Below, in pieces: positions 19,667 to 28,324 of a DNA stretch of 64,000 bases; position 1 is the first letter of the stretch, and each line of letters starts with the position of its first letter. A program made the position numbers and the translations under genes. Under the pieces are notes generated by a model. That model did no database searches. It had not been told where the DNA came from and saw nothing but the letters and a program-made list of their open reading frames with translations. The DNA comes from an uncultured Solirubrobacterales bacterium (GTDB lineage Bacteria; Actinomycetota; Thermoleophilia; Solirubrobacterales; 70-9). Where the stretch lies: contig CAVVNN010000003.1 of NCBI GenBank assembly GCA_963749605.1, positions 85,579 to 149,578 of the forward strand, given 5' to 3'.

Positions 19667-21496
19667 CTAATCCTCGGGTGCGCTGGAGGGTTCGCCGTCT
19701 TCGGCGGATTTAGGCGGCCGGATGAGCTTGAGGTTCAGCTCTCGCAGCCGCTCCGGGGGGATCGGCGCCGGCGCGGCCATCATCACGTCCTGGGCGCGCT
19801 GGTTCATCGGGAAGGCGATCACCTCGCGGATGTTGGGCTCGTCGGCGAGCAGCATCACGATCCGGTCGATGCCGGGGGCGACGCCGCCGTGCGGTGGCGC
19901 CCCGACGCGAAAGGCACGCCCGAGGGCGCCGAAGCGCTCGTCGACCTCCTGCTTGGAGTAGCCGGCGATTTCGAAGGCGCGGTAGAGGACGTCGGGGCGG
20001 TGGTTCCGGATCGCGCCGGAGGAGAGCTCGTAGCCGTTGCAGACGATGTCGTACTGGAAGGCCCTGACCTCGAGCGGGTCCGTCGTTTCGAGCGTGTCGA
20101 GGCCGCCCTGCGGCATCGAGAACGGGTTGTGGCTGAACCCGACCTCCCCGGTCTCCTCGTCCAGCTCATACATCGGGAAGTCGACGACCCAGCAGAACCG
20201 GTAGGCGCCCTGCTCGACCAAGCCGAGCGCCTGGCCGACGTGGTCGCGCATCGCGCCGAGCAGGCTGCGCGCCTTCTGCAGGCGGGCGTCGGAGATCATC
20301 AGCAGGGCGTCGCCCTCCTCGGCGCCGAGCGCGGCGATCGCCGCCTGCTGGACCTCGGGCGCCAGGTGGCGAGCCAGCGGCCCGCGGAGGGAGTTGCCGG
20401 GCTCGACGAAGAACCAGGCCAGGCCACCGGCGCCCAGCTCGCGCGCGAACTCGTCGAAGCGGTCCATGTCGGCCCGGGAGAGCTCGGGTTTGGGTATGCG
20501 CATGCCGGAGACGTGGCCGGCGCTGAGCGCGCGCACCCCCGAGTCGGCGAAGACGTCGGCGAGGTCGCGCATCTCGATCGGGATGCGCAGGTCCGGCTTG
20601 TCGGACCCGTAGCGCTCCATCGCCTCCTCGTAGGGGATGCGCGGAAAGGGCAGCGGCGTCGTCTCCCACTCCGGCCTCAGATCGGCGAACAGCCCGTGCA
20701 GCACGTCCTCGACCACCTCGAACACGTCCTCCTGCTCGACGAAGCTCATCTCGATATCGAGTTGGTAGAACTCGCCCGGAGAGCGGTCCGCGCGGGCGTC
20801 CTCGTCGCGGTAGCAGGGGGCGATCTGGAAGTAGCGGTCGAAGCCGGCGACCATCAGCAGCTGCTTGTACTGCTGCGGCGCCTGCGGCAGCGCGTAGAAC
20901 TTGCCCGGATGCACCCGGGAGGGAACGAGGTAGTCGCGAGCTCCCTCCGGGCTCGATGCGGTCAGCGTCGGGGTCTGCAGCTCGAGGAAGCCGTGGCGCT
21001 GCATCCGCTCGCGCAGGCTGGCGACGATCTTCGACCGCAGGACGACGTTCTCGTGCATGCGCGAGCGGCGCAGGTCCAGAAAGCGATATTGGAGGCGGCT
21101 TTCCTCCGGCGCGTCCTCCTCGGGGAAGACCGTGAACGGCAGCGGCTCCGCCGCGCCGAGCACCTCGGCCTGCCGGGCCTCGACCTCGACCTCTCCGGTG
21201 TCGATCGCGGGGTTGACCGTCTCGGGCGAGCGCGCGAGGACCGAGCCCTCGATTCGCAGCACGGTCTCCTTGGGAACGTGGGCGAGGTCGAGGTCGAGCT
21301 CGGAGCGGACCAGGATCTGCGTGATGCCGTAGTGATCGCGGAGGTCGAGGAACAGCACGCCGCCCAGGTCGCGGCGATTGTGGATCCAGCCGGTGAGGGC
21401 GACGTCCTCGCCGACGCGATCGGCGTTCAGCTCCCCGCACGTATGCGTGCGCATGCTCGTGGAAAGTTGCGCTTGGGGGCGGGGCTGCGGTGTCAT
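19667..21496 (-). CDS. aspS: Aspartate--tRNA ligase (bacterial type)
   Basis: FLDLRDHYGITQ (OB), QAPQQYKQLLM, GAD insertion domain and GGVAPGIDRIVMLL (motif 3). ATG 21454 (MRTHTCGEL) is an alternative start. The gene is intact. Confidence 0.95.
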   Translation of the reverse strand: MTPQPRPQAQLSTSMRTHTCGELNADRVGEDVALTGWIHNRRDLGGVLFLDLRDHYGITQILVRSELDLDLAHVPKETVLRIEGSVLARSPETVNPAIDTGEVEVEARQAEVLGAAEPLPFTVFPEEDAPEESRLQYRFLDLRRSRMHENVVLRSKIVASLRERMQRHGFLELQTPTLTASSPEGARDYLVPSRVHPGKFYALPQAPQQYKQLLMVAGFDRYFQIAPCYRDEDARADRSPGEFYQLDIEMSFVEQEDVFEVVEDVLHGLFADLRPEWETTPLPFPRIPYEEAMERYGSDKPDLRIPIEMRDLADVFADSGVRALSAGHVSGMRIPKPELSRADMDRFDEFARELGAGGLAWFFVEPGNSLRGPLARHLAPEVQQAAIAALGAEEGDALLMISDARLQKARSLLGAMRDHVGQALGLVEQGAYRFCWVVDFPMYELDEETGEVGFSHNPFSMPQGGLDTLETTDPLEVRAFQYDIVCNGYELSSGAIRNHRPDVLYRAFEIAGYSKQEVDERFGALGRAFRVGAPPHGGVAPGIDRIVMLLADEPNIREVIAFPMNQRAQDVMMAAPAPIPPERLRELNLKLIRPPKSAEDGEPSSAPED

Positions 21497-21649
21497 GTGA
21501 TTAGTGGCGCTGCGATCTGTGCGAGGCCGAGGGGCTTTGCAACGTACCTCAAAGATGCGGGTACGCGGCAGGCGCGCGGCGATGCTCGACTTGGGCTCGA
21601 CCCCGCTGTTACAGTCGCGTTGCAGTTAGTCAACCAATCGAGGTAGAAA

Positions 21650-21709
21650 GTGCTAAAAGTCACGAAGGTTCGCGGAATCCGCGGCGTTTCCAGCCTGGTT
21701 CGCAACTGA
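21650..21709 (+). CDS. Unannotated 19-codon ORF ending in Asn, candidate MccA-type precursor peptide
   Basis: In-frame TAG at 21644-21646, GAGG at 21640-21643, GTG at 21650. Peptide M(V)LKVTKVRGIRGVSSLVRN, TGA at 21707-21709. It ends 17 nt before the CmoA-like start. It is too short for the 60-aa ORF track. Confidence 0.5.
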   Translation: MLKVTKVRGIRGVSSLVRN

Positions 21710-21726
21710 GCAATCCCCTCGACCGC

Positions 21727-22422
21727 GTGCTGGCCGGCGATCGCTGGGAGTTCGACGATTCCGTCACTGCGGTATTCGAGAATATGTTGGAACGGTCGAT
21801 TCCCCAGTACGGGGAGATGCGTTCGGCGGTCGGCAGCCTCGCTGCTCACTTTGCAGCCGGCCGGCCGGCCGGCTGCGTAGTCGACCTCGGCTGCTCGCGC
21901 GGTGAGGCGATTGCAACGCTCGTGGACAGATTCGATGAAGACGCGACTTTCACCGGTGTGGAGGCCAGCCCATCCATGCTCGAGGCTGCCCGGAAGCGTT
22001 TCGCTCCCCACGACAACGTCGAGATCCTGGATCTCGACCTGCGATCCGAATATCCGACTGGGACCGCAAACGTGACGCTCGCCGTTCTGACCGTGCAGTT
22101 CATCCCAATCGAGTACCGACAGCAGCTCATCCAGCAGGTCTACGATCACACCGCGCGTGGCGGGGCGTTCATTCTGGTCGAGAAGGTCCTCGGCTCCACC
22201 GCGGAGCTCGACCGCATGATGGTGGCCTTCCACCTCGAGATGAAGCGTCGCAAGGGCTACTCGCAGGAGGAGATCGACCGCAAGCGTCTCTCCCTGGAGG
22301 GCGTTTTGGTACCAGTCACCGCGAAGTGGAACGTCGAAATGCTCGAAGCAGCGGGATTTCAGGAAATCGACTGCTTCTGGCGTTGGATGAACTTCGCGGG
22401 CTGGGTCGCAGTCCGCCATTGA
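21727..22422 (+). CDS. cmoA: Carboxy-S-adenosyl-L-methionine synthase (CmoA/MccS family)
   Basis: 231 aa, colinear with my recollection of E. coli CmoA: WEFDDSVTAVFENMLERSIPQY (cf. [22 protein letters not shown]), DLGCS, LTVQF, KRRKGYSQEEIDRKRLSLEGV, CFWRWMNFAGWVAV. Confidence 0.8.
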   Translation: MLAGDRWEFDDSVTAVFENMLERSIPQYGEMRSAVGSLAAHFAAGRPAGCVVDLGCSRGEAIATLVDRFDEDATFTGVEASPSMLEAARKRFAPHDNVEILDLDLRSEYPTGTANVTLAVLTVQFIPIEYRQQLIQQVYDHTARGGAFILVEKVLGSTAELDRMMVAFHLEMKRRKGYSQEEIDRKRLSLEGVLVPVTAKWNVEMLEAAGFQEIDCFWRWMNFAGWVAVRH

Positions 22423-22438
22423 GGTCGCCGCTCGGGGC

Positions 22439-23285
22439 TCAGGGGGCGCTGGGGCGCAGCTCGGGGGTCCTGGTGCCGCCGCGGCGGCGCTCGGCCTCGG
22501 TTACCACGTCGAAGAAGACGTCGTTGCGGCCGCGCCGCAGCGGACGGGGGAAAAGGCGGCGCGCACGGCGGTGCGAGGCGGCGAGCGGCGCGGAAGCTCG
22601 CCTCGTGCGCGCCGCTCCAGCGGATGCCGAAGATCTCGCGCACCCGCGGCGGCAGCGTTCCCTTGATGATGTGGTTCTGGACCGCGATGTTGCCCCGGGC
22701 GGCGGCCGGCACCGGCTGGCGGAAGGCGACCAGCGGCGCCATCTCCAGCGCGTGCTCGGTCGCCTGCAGGTCGGGTGAGGCGAGCTTCCCGTCCCACCAG
22801 CCGCTGGAACTCGAGGTGGCTGGCCGGCACCTCGCTGCGCGGCAGCCCGAACAGCTCGCCGAAGCGCACGTAGTCCTGCCAGAGGTCCTCGCGCTCGCCC
22901 TCGCTCAGCGGCCGCACCATCGTCTCGTACATCGCCCGCCCGGAGTCGGCGATCACCGCCAGCGTCCACAGCATCAGCTCCGGGTCGAAGGCCGAGTAGG
23001 CGGCGCCGGCGGGGTGGGCGCCGGCCGCCTCGGGCAGCGTCCCCTCGACCGTCTCGTGCAGGCGGTGGACCTTGGCCAGCGCCTCGTCGGCCTCCTCGCG
23101 GCGTGCCGAGGAAGATCGTCTCCTGGATCTTCGCCGTGCGGGCGAGCCGCTCGAAGGGCCGGTCGCCGGAGCGGGTGCGAGAGCATCGTGCCGGTGTAGG
23201 TGAGCGGTTCCAGCGCCCCGATCAGCAGCGCCCGCTGGCCGTAGAGCAGGCCGACCGAGCGCTCGCCGTGGACGCGGCGCGCCAT
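22439..23285 (-). pseudogene. DUF2236 / MpaB-type oxygenase family gene broken by about 4 frameshifts
   Basis: A coherent protein can be followed only by switching frames at about 23168, 23097, 22803 and 22590: ...GQRALLIGALEPLTYTGTMLSHP / SGDRPFERLARTAKIQETIFLGT / EEADEALAKVHRLHETVEG...HLEFQRL / WDGKLASPDLQATEHALEMAPLVAF...FGIRW / LAASHRRARRLFPRPLRRGRNDVFFDVV. Confidence 0.75.
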
Positions 23286-24912
23286 CGAGCGCCCCGGGGG
23301 GAAGTAGTGGTCTTCGCTCTCCGAGGTCGGTCACGCCAGCCGCGGATGCTACTCCGCGTAGGTGGCGCTGACCGCCATCTGCCAGAGCCGGTACGGGCGC
23401 GCGGCGCTTCCTGCAGCTCGTGAGCGGCGAAGATCTCGTCGAGGTCCTCGCGGGTGAGCGTCTCGCGCTCGAGCGCGTTCGCGGCGAGGTCGTCGAGGCA
23501 CTCGCGGTTCCCGCCCAGCAGCGCGCGGGCGCGGCGGTAGGCCTCGCGCGCCAGCGTCATCGCCGCCACGTCGACGTCGCGCCGGGTGCGGTCGGAGAGC
23601 GCGTAGTCGCCGGTCGGCAGCGCGATCGGCGGCGGGCCGTCGGCGTCGAGCGCGACGCCCATCCCGAACTCGCCGACCATCTGCTTGCAGACCGAGTGCA
23701 CCCGGGCCAGGTCGTCGACCGCGCCCGGAGTAGGACTCGCCGAACACCTCCTCCTCGGCGGCGCGCCCGCCCAGCAGGGTGACGATCTCGTCGAGCAGCT
23801 CGTCGCGCGACTTCAGGTAGGTGTCCTCCTGCGGCGAGTGGCCGACGAAGCCGAGCGCCGGCCCGCGCGGGACGATGCTGAGGATCTCCGGCGGGTCGAG
23901 GCCGAGCAGCCGCCGGCAGAGGGCGTGCCCCGCCTCGTGGTAGGCGACGATCCGCCGCTCCTTCGAGCTCAGTCGCCGCGCCTGCTGGGAGCCGACCGAC
24001 TGGCGCAGCAGCGCCTCGTCGAGGTCCTCGCGGGCGATCGCGTCGCGCTCCGCCCGCCCGGCGATGATCGCCGCCTCGTTGAGCGCGTTGGCGAGCTGGG
24101 CGCCGGTCATCCCGGTCGTCTTGCGGGCGACGTCGGTGAGGTCGAGGTCGGGGCCGAGCGGCTTGCCCTTGGCGTGCGCGCGCAGGATCGCCTCGCGGCC
24201 GTCGCGGTCCGGCGGCGCGACCAGCACCTGGCGGTCGAAGCGCCCGGGTCGCAACAGCGCGCTGGTCGAGCTTGTCGACGTAGTTGGAGGCGGCGATCAC
24301 GATCACCGTCCCCGGGTCGCGCTCGAAGCCGTCGAGCTCGACCAGCAGCTGGTTCAGCGCCTGCTCGCGCTCGCTGGTGCCACCGTCGCCGCTGCCGCCG
24401 CTGCGCGCTCCCCCGACCGCGTCGAGCTCGTCGATGAAGATCACCGCGCGCCCGGACTTGCGCGCCTCCTTGAACAGCCGCCTGATCCGGGCGGCGCCCC
24501 TGCCCACGAACATCTCGACGAAGCTCGAGCCGGAGGCCGAGAAGAAGTCGACGCCGGCCTGCGCGGCGACGGCTCGCGCCAGCATCGTCTTGCCCGTCCC
24601 CGGGGGGCCGTAGAGAAGCACGCCGCGCGGCGGCTGCGCCCCGAGCGCCGCGAAGCGGTCGGGGTCGCGCAGCCACTCGGCCACGTCCATCAGCTCGTCC
24701 TTGGCTGCGTCGACCCCCTGCACCTCCTCCCACAGCACCGGCTTGGTCTGGCTCGCCTTCACCGTCTCCGGCTTGGTCGTGCCCATCGTCCCCCGCAGCA
24801 GTTTGAGGAAGACGAGCAGCAGCCCGCACATGAAGAAGACCCCGAAAACGGGGTACCAGTCGAAGAAGAAGCTCTGGATTTCGCTTGCCGCGAGTGCCTG
24901 CGTCAGGTGCAT
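23222..24912 (-). pseudogene. FtsH-like AAA+ zinc metalloprotease paralogue (single N-terminal TM) broken by 2 frameshifts; 3' boundary uncertain
   Basis: Frame 1: TM helix, Walker A GPPGTGKT, Walker B IFIDELD. Frame 2, from about 24260: [18 protein letters not shown] zinc motif. Frame 3, from about 23722: [21 protein letters not shown]. Each junction looks like one extra C before GCG. Confidence 0.8.
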
Positions 24913-25028
24913 CCGCCCTGCCTATCGATTGGGCTGCCTAGTCAAAAGTGTCAAGGCAGTGTGGGTACAAAGCCCTCCGGCTCCAATCGCACATGTGTCC
25001 ATAGCCATGCGTCCAGAGCGTAGGCGTG

Positions 25029-25790
25029 CTAGCGCCGTTCGACCTGTGAGCCGCCGACGATGGCCTCCTCGCCGCTGTCTGCGAAGACGATCCAGGCCTT
25101 GTTGCCGCCGTCGTAGTCGGGGGCCCACAGCTTCAGCGTGGCGTCGCGGCCCCAGACGGTGCAGGGCTCCTCGACAGGCTCCTCCAGCCCGCGCCAGACT
25201 CGCACGAATGCGTTGCCGTCCCACTCCTCCCCGATCGTGGTCGGCTCGCGGTGGCCCGGGTGGACGCGGGTCTCGGGCGGCAGCTTCATCAGCCGCTCCA
25301 TCACCGAGGACCGCAGGTCGGCGAAGCCGCTTGCTCCCGGCGCCATCGTCCCCCCGACCGTGCCCTTGAAGAGGACGTCGGCGGTGAAGACGTCGGTGCC
25401 GTCGATGAGGTAGGCGAGGTGGCCGGACGCGTGGCCGGGGGTGAATATCGCCTCGATCTCGAGCCCGCCGGCGTCCAGCCTCTCGCCGTCGCCGAGCGTC
25501 ACCGCGACCTCTTCGTCGAGCTCCGCCGCGGCCGCCTCGTGGGCCACCAGCGGCGGGCCGCCCAGCCGCTTGCGCGCCTCGGCCAGGCCGGCGACGTGGT
25601 CGAGGTGGGGGTGGGTGACGAGGACGTGGGTGATCTCGATTCCCTCGCGCTCGGCCCGCTCGAGCAGCGGGTCCAGCCTGTCGTTGCCGTCGATCAGGAC
25701 ACCCTTGCCGCTCTCCGGGTTGGCGACGAGGTAGGCGTTCGACAGCCACTGCGGGTTCTCGGTGCGCTCGACGATCACCGTCTCAACCAT
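25029..25790 (-). CDS. MBL-fold metallo-hydrolase
   Basis: 253 aa from ATG 25788-25790, with the THPHLDH (HxHxDH) motif. The upstream part of the 371-aa track ORF is discarded. Confidence 0.85.
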   Translation of the reverse strand: MVETVIVERTENPQWLSNAYLVANPESGKGVLIDGNDRLDPLLERAEREGIEITHVLVTHPHLDHVAGLAEARKRLGGPPLVAHEAAAAELDEEVAVTLGDGERLDAGGLEIEAIFTPGHASGHLAYLIDGTDVFTADVLFKGTVGGTMAPGASGFADLRSSVMERLMKLPPETRVHPGHREPTTIGEEWDGNAFVRVWRGLEEPVEEPCTVWGRDATLKLWAPDYDGGNKAWIVFADSGEEAIVGGSQVERR

Positions 25791-26574
25791 ATGGCTTGTA
25801 GACAAGGCGGTGGCCGAGCAGCTGGGTGACGGTCTCGAAGCCGTAGCCCCGCGCCCGCAGCGTGTCGATGACCTGCGGCAGCGCCGCCAGCGTCTCGCTT
25901 CGGTCTCCGCCGCCGTCGTGCATGAGGACGATCGAGCCCGGCTGCGTCGTGGCGACGATGGTGCTGTAGATCGCGCCGGCGCCTGGGGTCGACCAGTCGG
26001 CTGGGTCGACGTCCCAGGTGATCGTTCGCATCCCGAGGCTGCCCGCGGTGGAGACGACGCTGGAGTCGAGGGCTCCGCCCGGCGGGCGGAAGAGGCAGGG
26101 CTCGAAGTGGGTGTAGGCCTCGATCCGGGAGCTGGCGCCGGCAATCTGGGAGTAGCCGGGGTATGAGACGTGGTTCATCGTGTGGTCGCCGATCTCGTCG
26201 CCTTCGGCGAGGATCTGGCGCATCGTCGCTTCGCGCCCCGTCATCTCCTGGCCGATCTCGAAGAAGGTGCCGTTGACGTGCTTTTCGCGCAGCACCTGCA
26301 GGAAGGTGGGCGTGTATTCGCTCGGCCCGTCGTCGAAGGTGAGGGCAACGACCTTGCGCCCGCGCGGCCCGTTGGTGTCCAGCCCAGCCGTGCCGCCGGT
26401 GCAGCCGGCCGGGCGCACCGGGCGCAGGCGAAAGGTGCGGGCGCCGCTGGCGGGCAGGCTCTCCTGTCCAGCCAGCACCCGCCAGCGATAGCGGTGCGGC
26501 GCAAGCCCGGCATCGGCGGGCAGCAGCGAGACGACGAGCTCACCCGCGCTCGGTCGCTTCACCCGGGCGGGCAC
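25783..26574 (-). CDS. Polysaccharide deacetylase (NodB/CE4); true N-terminus probably further upstream
   Basis: NodB motifs TFDDGP and HTMNH. The frame stays open for about 120 more codons upstream, to 26943, and encodes a signal-peptide-like segment but no ATG/GTG/TTG (see findings). Confidence 0.8.
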   Translation of the reverse strand: MPARVKRPSAGELVVSLLPADAGLAPHRYRWRVLAGQESLPASGARTFRLRPVRPAGCTGGTAGLDTNGPRGRKVVALTFDDGPSEYTPTFLQVLREKHVNGTFFEIGQEMTGREATMRQILAEGDEIGDHTMNHVSYPGYSQIAGASSRIEAYTHFEPCLFRPPGGALDSSVVSTAGSLGMRTITWDVDPADWSTPGAGAIYSTIVATTQPGSIVLMHDGGGDRSETLAALPQVIDTLRARGYGFETVTQLLGHRLVYKPYG

Positions 26575-26943
26575 CGTGTCCCTGCCGGTCGTCTTGCCGG
26601 AGGCGTTGACCAGCTCCAGCCCCAGCCGCCGCCGCGCGGCGCTGCCGCCGAGGCAGAGGCGCCGTTCGCCCTTGCCGCCGGCCCGACGCAGCTCCAGGCA
26701 GAGGTAGGGACCGCCCCCGCCCGTGACGTTCGGCAGCGGGTCGAGCTTCGCGAGCGCCGTCGGCGCCGCCGTCCGCAGGGCGAAGACCAGGTTCTGCCCC
26801 GCCTGCGAGAGCTTGGCGCGCAGCAGGTCAGGCGCTTGCGCCTTCGCGCCGGAGCTGCCGGCGGCCGCTCCTGGGGCGCAGGCCAGCGCGGCGAGGGCGA
26901 TGCAGGCGATGCGGAGGATCTGGCGAGAGTGGGGGATGGTCGG

Positions 26944-27795
26944 TCAGGCGACGATTCGGGTTTCCAGCGTACCGATGGTCGGAGAGTCGATGACGATCTC
27001 GTCGCCGTCGCGCAGCCAGACCCGCGGCTGGCGCACGCTGCCGACGCCGGCCGGGGTCCCGGTCGAGACGATGTCGCCGGGCGCCAGGGTCATCAGGCTG
27101 GAGAGGTGGGAGAGGAGCTGCGGCACGCTGAAGATCAGGTCGGCGGTGGAGGCGCTCTGCATCTCCTCTCCGTTCAGCCGCAGCGAGATCTCGATCGCGT
27201 CGTGGGGTCCGGCCTCCTCGGCGGTCACCAGCGCCGGCCCGCAGGGCGCCGAGCCGTCGAACACCTTCCCCGACATCCACTGCGGGGTGGCGAACTGCAG
27301 GTCGCGGGCGGAGAGGTCGTTGAGGAGGGTGTAGCCGGCGACGTATTCGAGCGCCTCCTCCTCGCTCACCTCCCGGGCGGTGCGCCCGACGACGAAGGCG
27401 AGCTCGGCCTCGAAGTCGACCTTGCGGCTGGCGGCCGGCAGCCGCACTGTCGCGCCGGGAGCGGCGAGGGCGTTGCGGAACTTGCCGAAGATCGCCGGGC
27501 TCTGCGGAACCTCGATCCCCGCCTCGGCCGCGTGGCTGCGGTAGTTGAGGCCGATGCAGACGATCTTCTCCGGGTCGGGGATGGGGGGCAGCAGCTCGAC
27601 CTCGGCGAGTGGCCGCGACGTGGCCGCGCCCTTCTCCAACGCCTCCCCCAAGTCGCCGAGCCGCTGCGCGGCGATCAGCTCCCGCAGGCTGCCGCGCTCC
27701 GGCTCCCCCAGCGCGTTCCAGGCATCGATCACCGCATCCTCGGCGAGGACCCCGGCGCGCGGCCCCTGCGGCGAGCTGTAGGTCACCAATCTCAT
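26944..27795 (-). CDS. Fumarylacetoacetate hydrolase (FAH) family protein
   Basis: 283-aa ORF with a FAH-fold C-terminal domain (GLNYRSHAAE, EAELAFVVG, GDIVSTGTPAGVG). Confidence 0.85.
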   Translation of the reverse strand: MRLVTYSSPQGPRAGVLAEDAVIDAWNALGEPERGSLRELIAAQRLGDLGEALEKGAATSRPLAEVELLPPIPDPEKIVCIGLNYRSHAAEAGIEVPQSPAIFGKFRNALAAPGATVRLPAASRKVDFEAELAFVVGRTAREVSEEEALEYVAGYTLLNDLSARDLQFATPQWMSGKVFDGSAPCGPALVTAEEAGPHDAIEISLRLNGEEMQSASTADLIFSVPQLLSHLSSLMTLAPGDIVSTGTPAGVGSVRQPRVWLRDGDEIVIDSPTIGTLETRIVA

Positions 27796-27875
27796 CGCCG
27801 CGCAGGGTAAGCGACCGAGCCGGATGCGCTAGCGTTGGCGCCCCGGCTACCGCCCAAGGCCCAGCCGGACTTCTC

Positions 27876-27949
<74 letters not shown>

Positions 27950-28184
27950 CTCCACGCAAAGCCATTTCCAAAGCGGAGTTCAGACTTTCTTTCGCTTCCA
28001 GAGGTTCTCTCCAAATTCTCATGGGTACCACATTTGGGTACCAACCTGAGGCGAAATTGCACGCACCCTCGCTTGGTTCTAGCCATGAGCTGCGCGTCCA
28101 GCCCCGGCCGGTTTCCCAAGGGCTGCGGGATAGGGCGTCGGGATTGCAAAGCCCAGACAAACAGCGCTTGACCTTGGTTCGGCT

Positions 28185-28202
28185 TCAATTGTTTGGACCG
28201 AT
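28185..28202 (+). repeat. Direct repeat copy 1 (TCAATTGTTTGGACCGAT)
   Basis: 17/18 identical to 32829-32846. Weaker similarity extends about 40 nt upstream of both copies. Confidence 0.7.
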
Positions 28203-28324
28203 CTATCTCTAGACACCGCTTCATCAAGCCAAAAATAAGGCGGGTCAGAGTTGGGTCCACCTCGAGCCGCGCCGAGGCCTTATTGCCGCTGGCATCGGAC
28301 TGACGCACCGCCCCTCAGCGCCCG

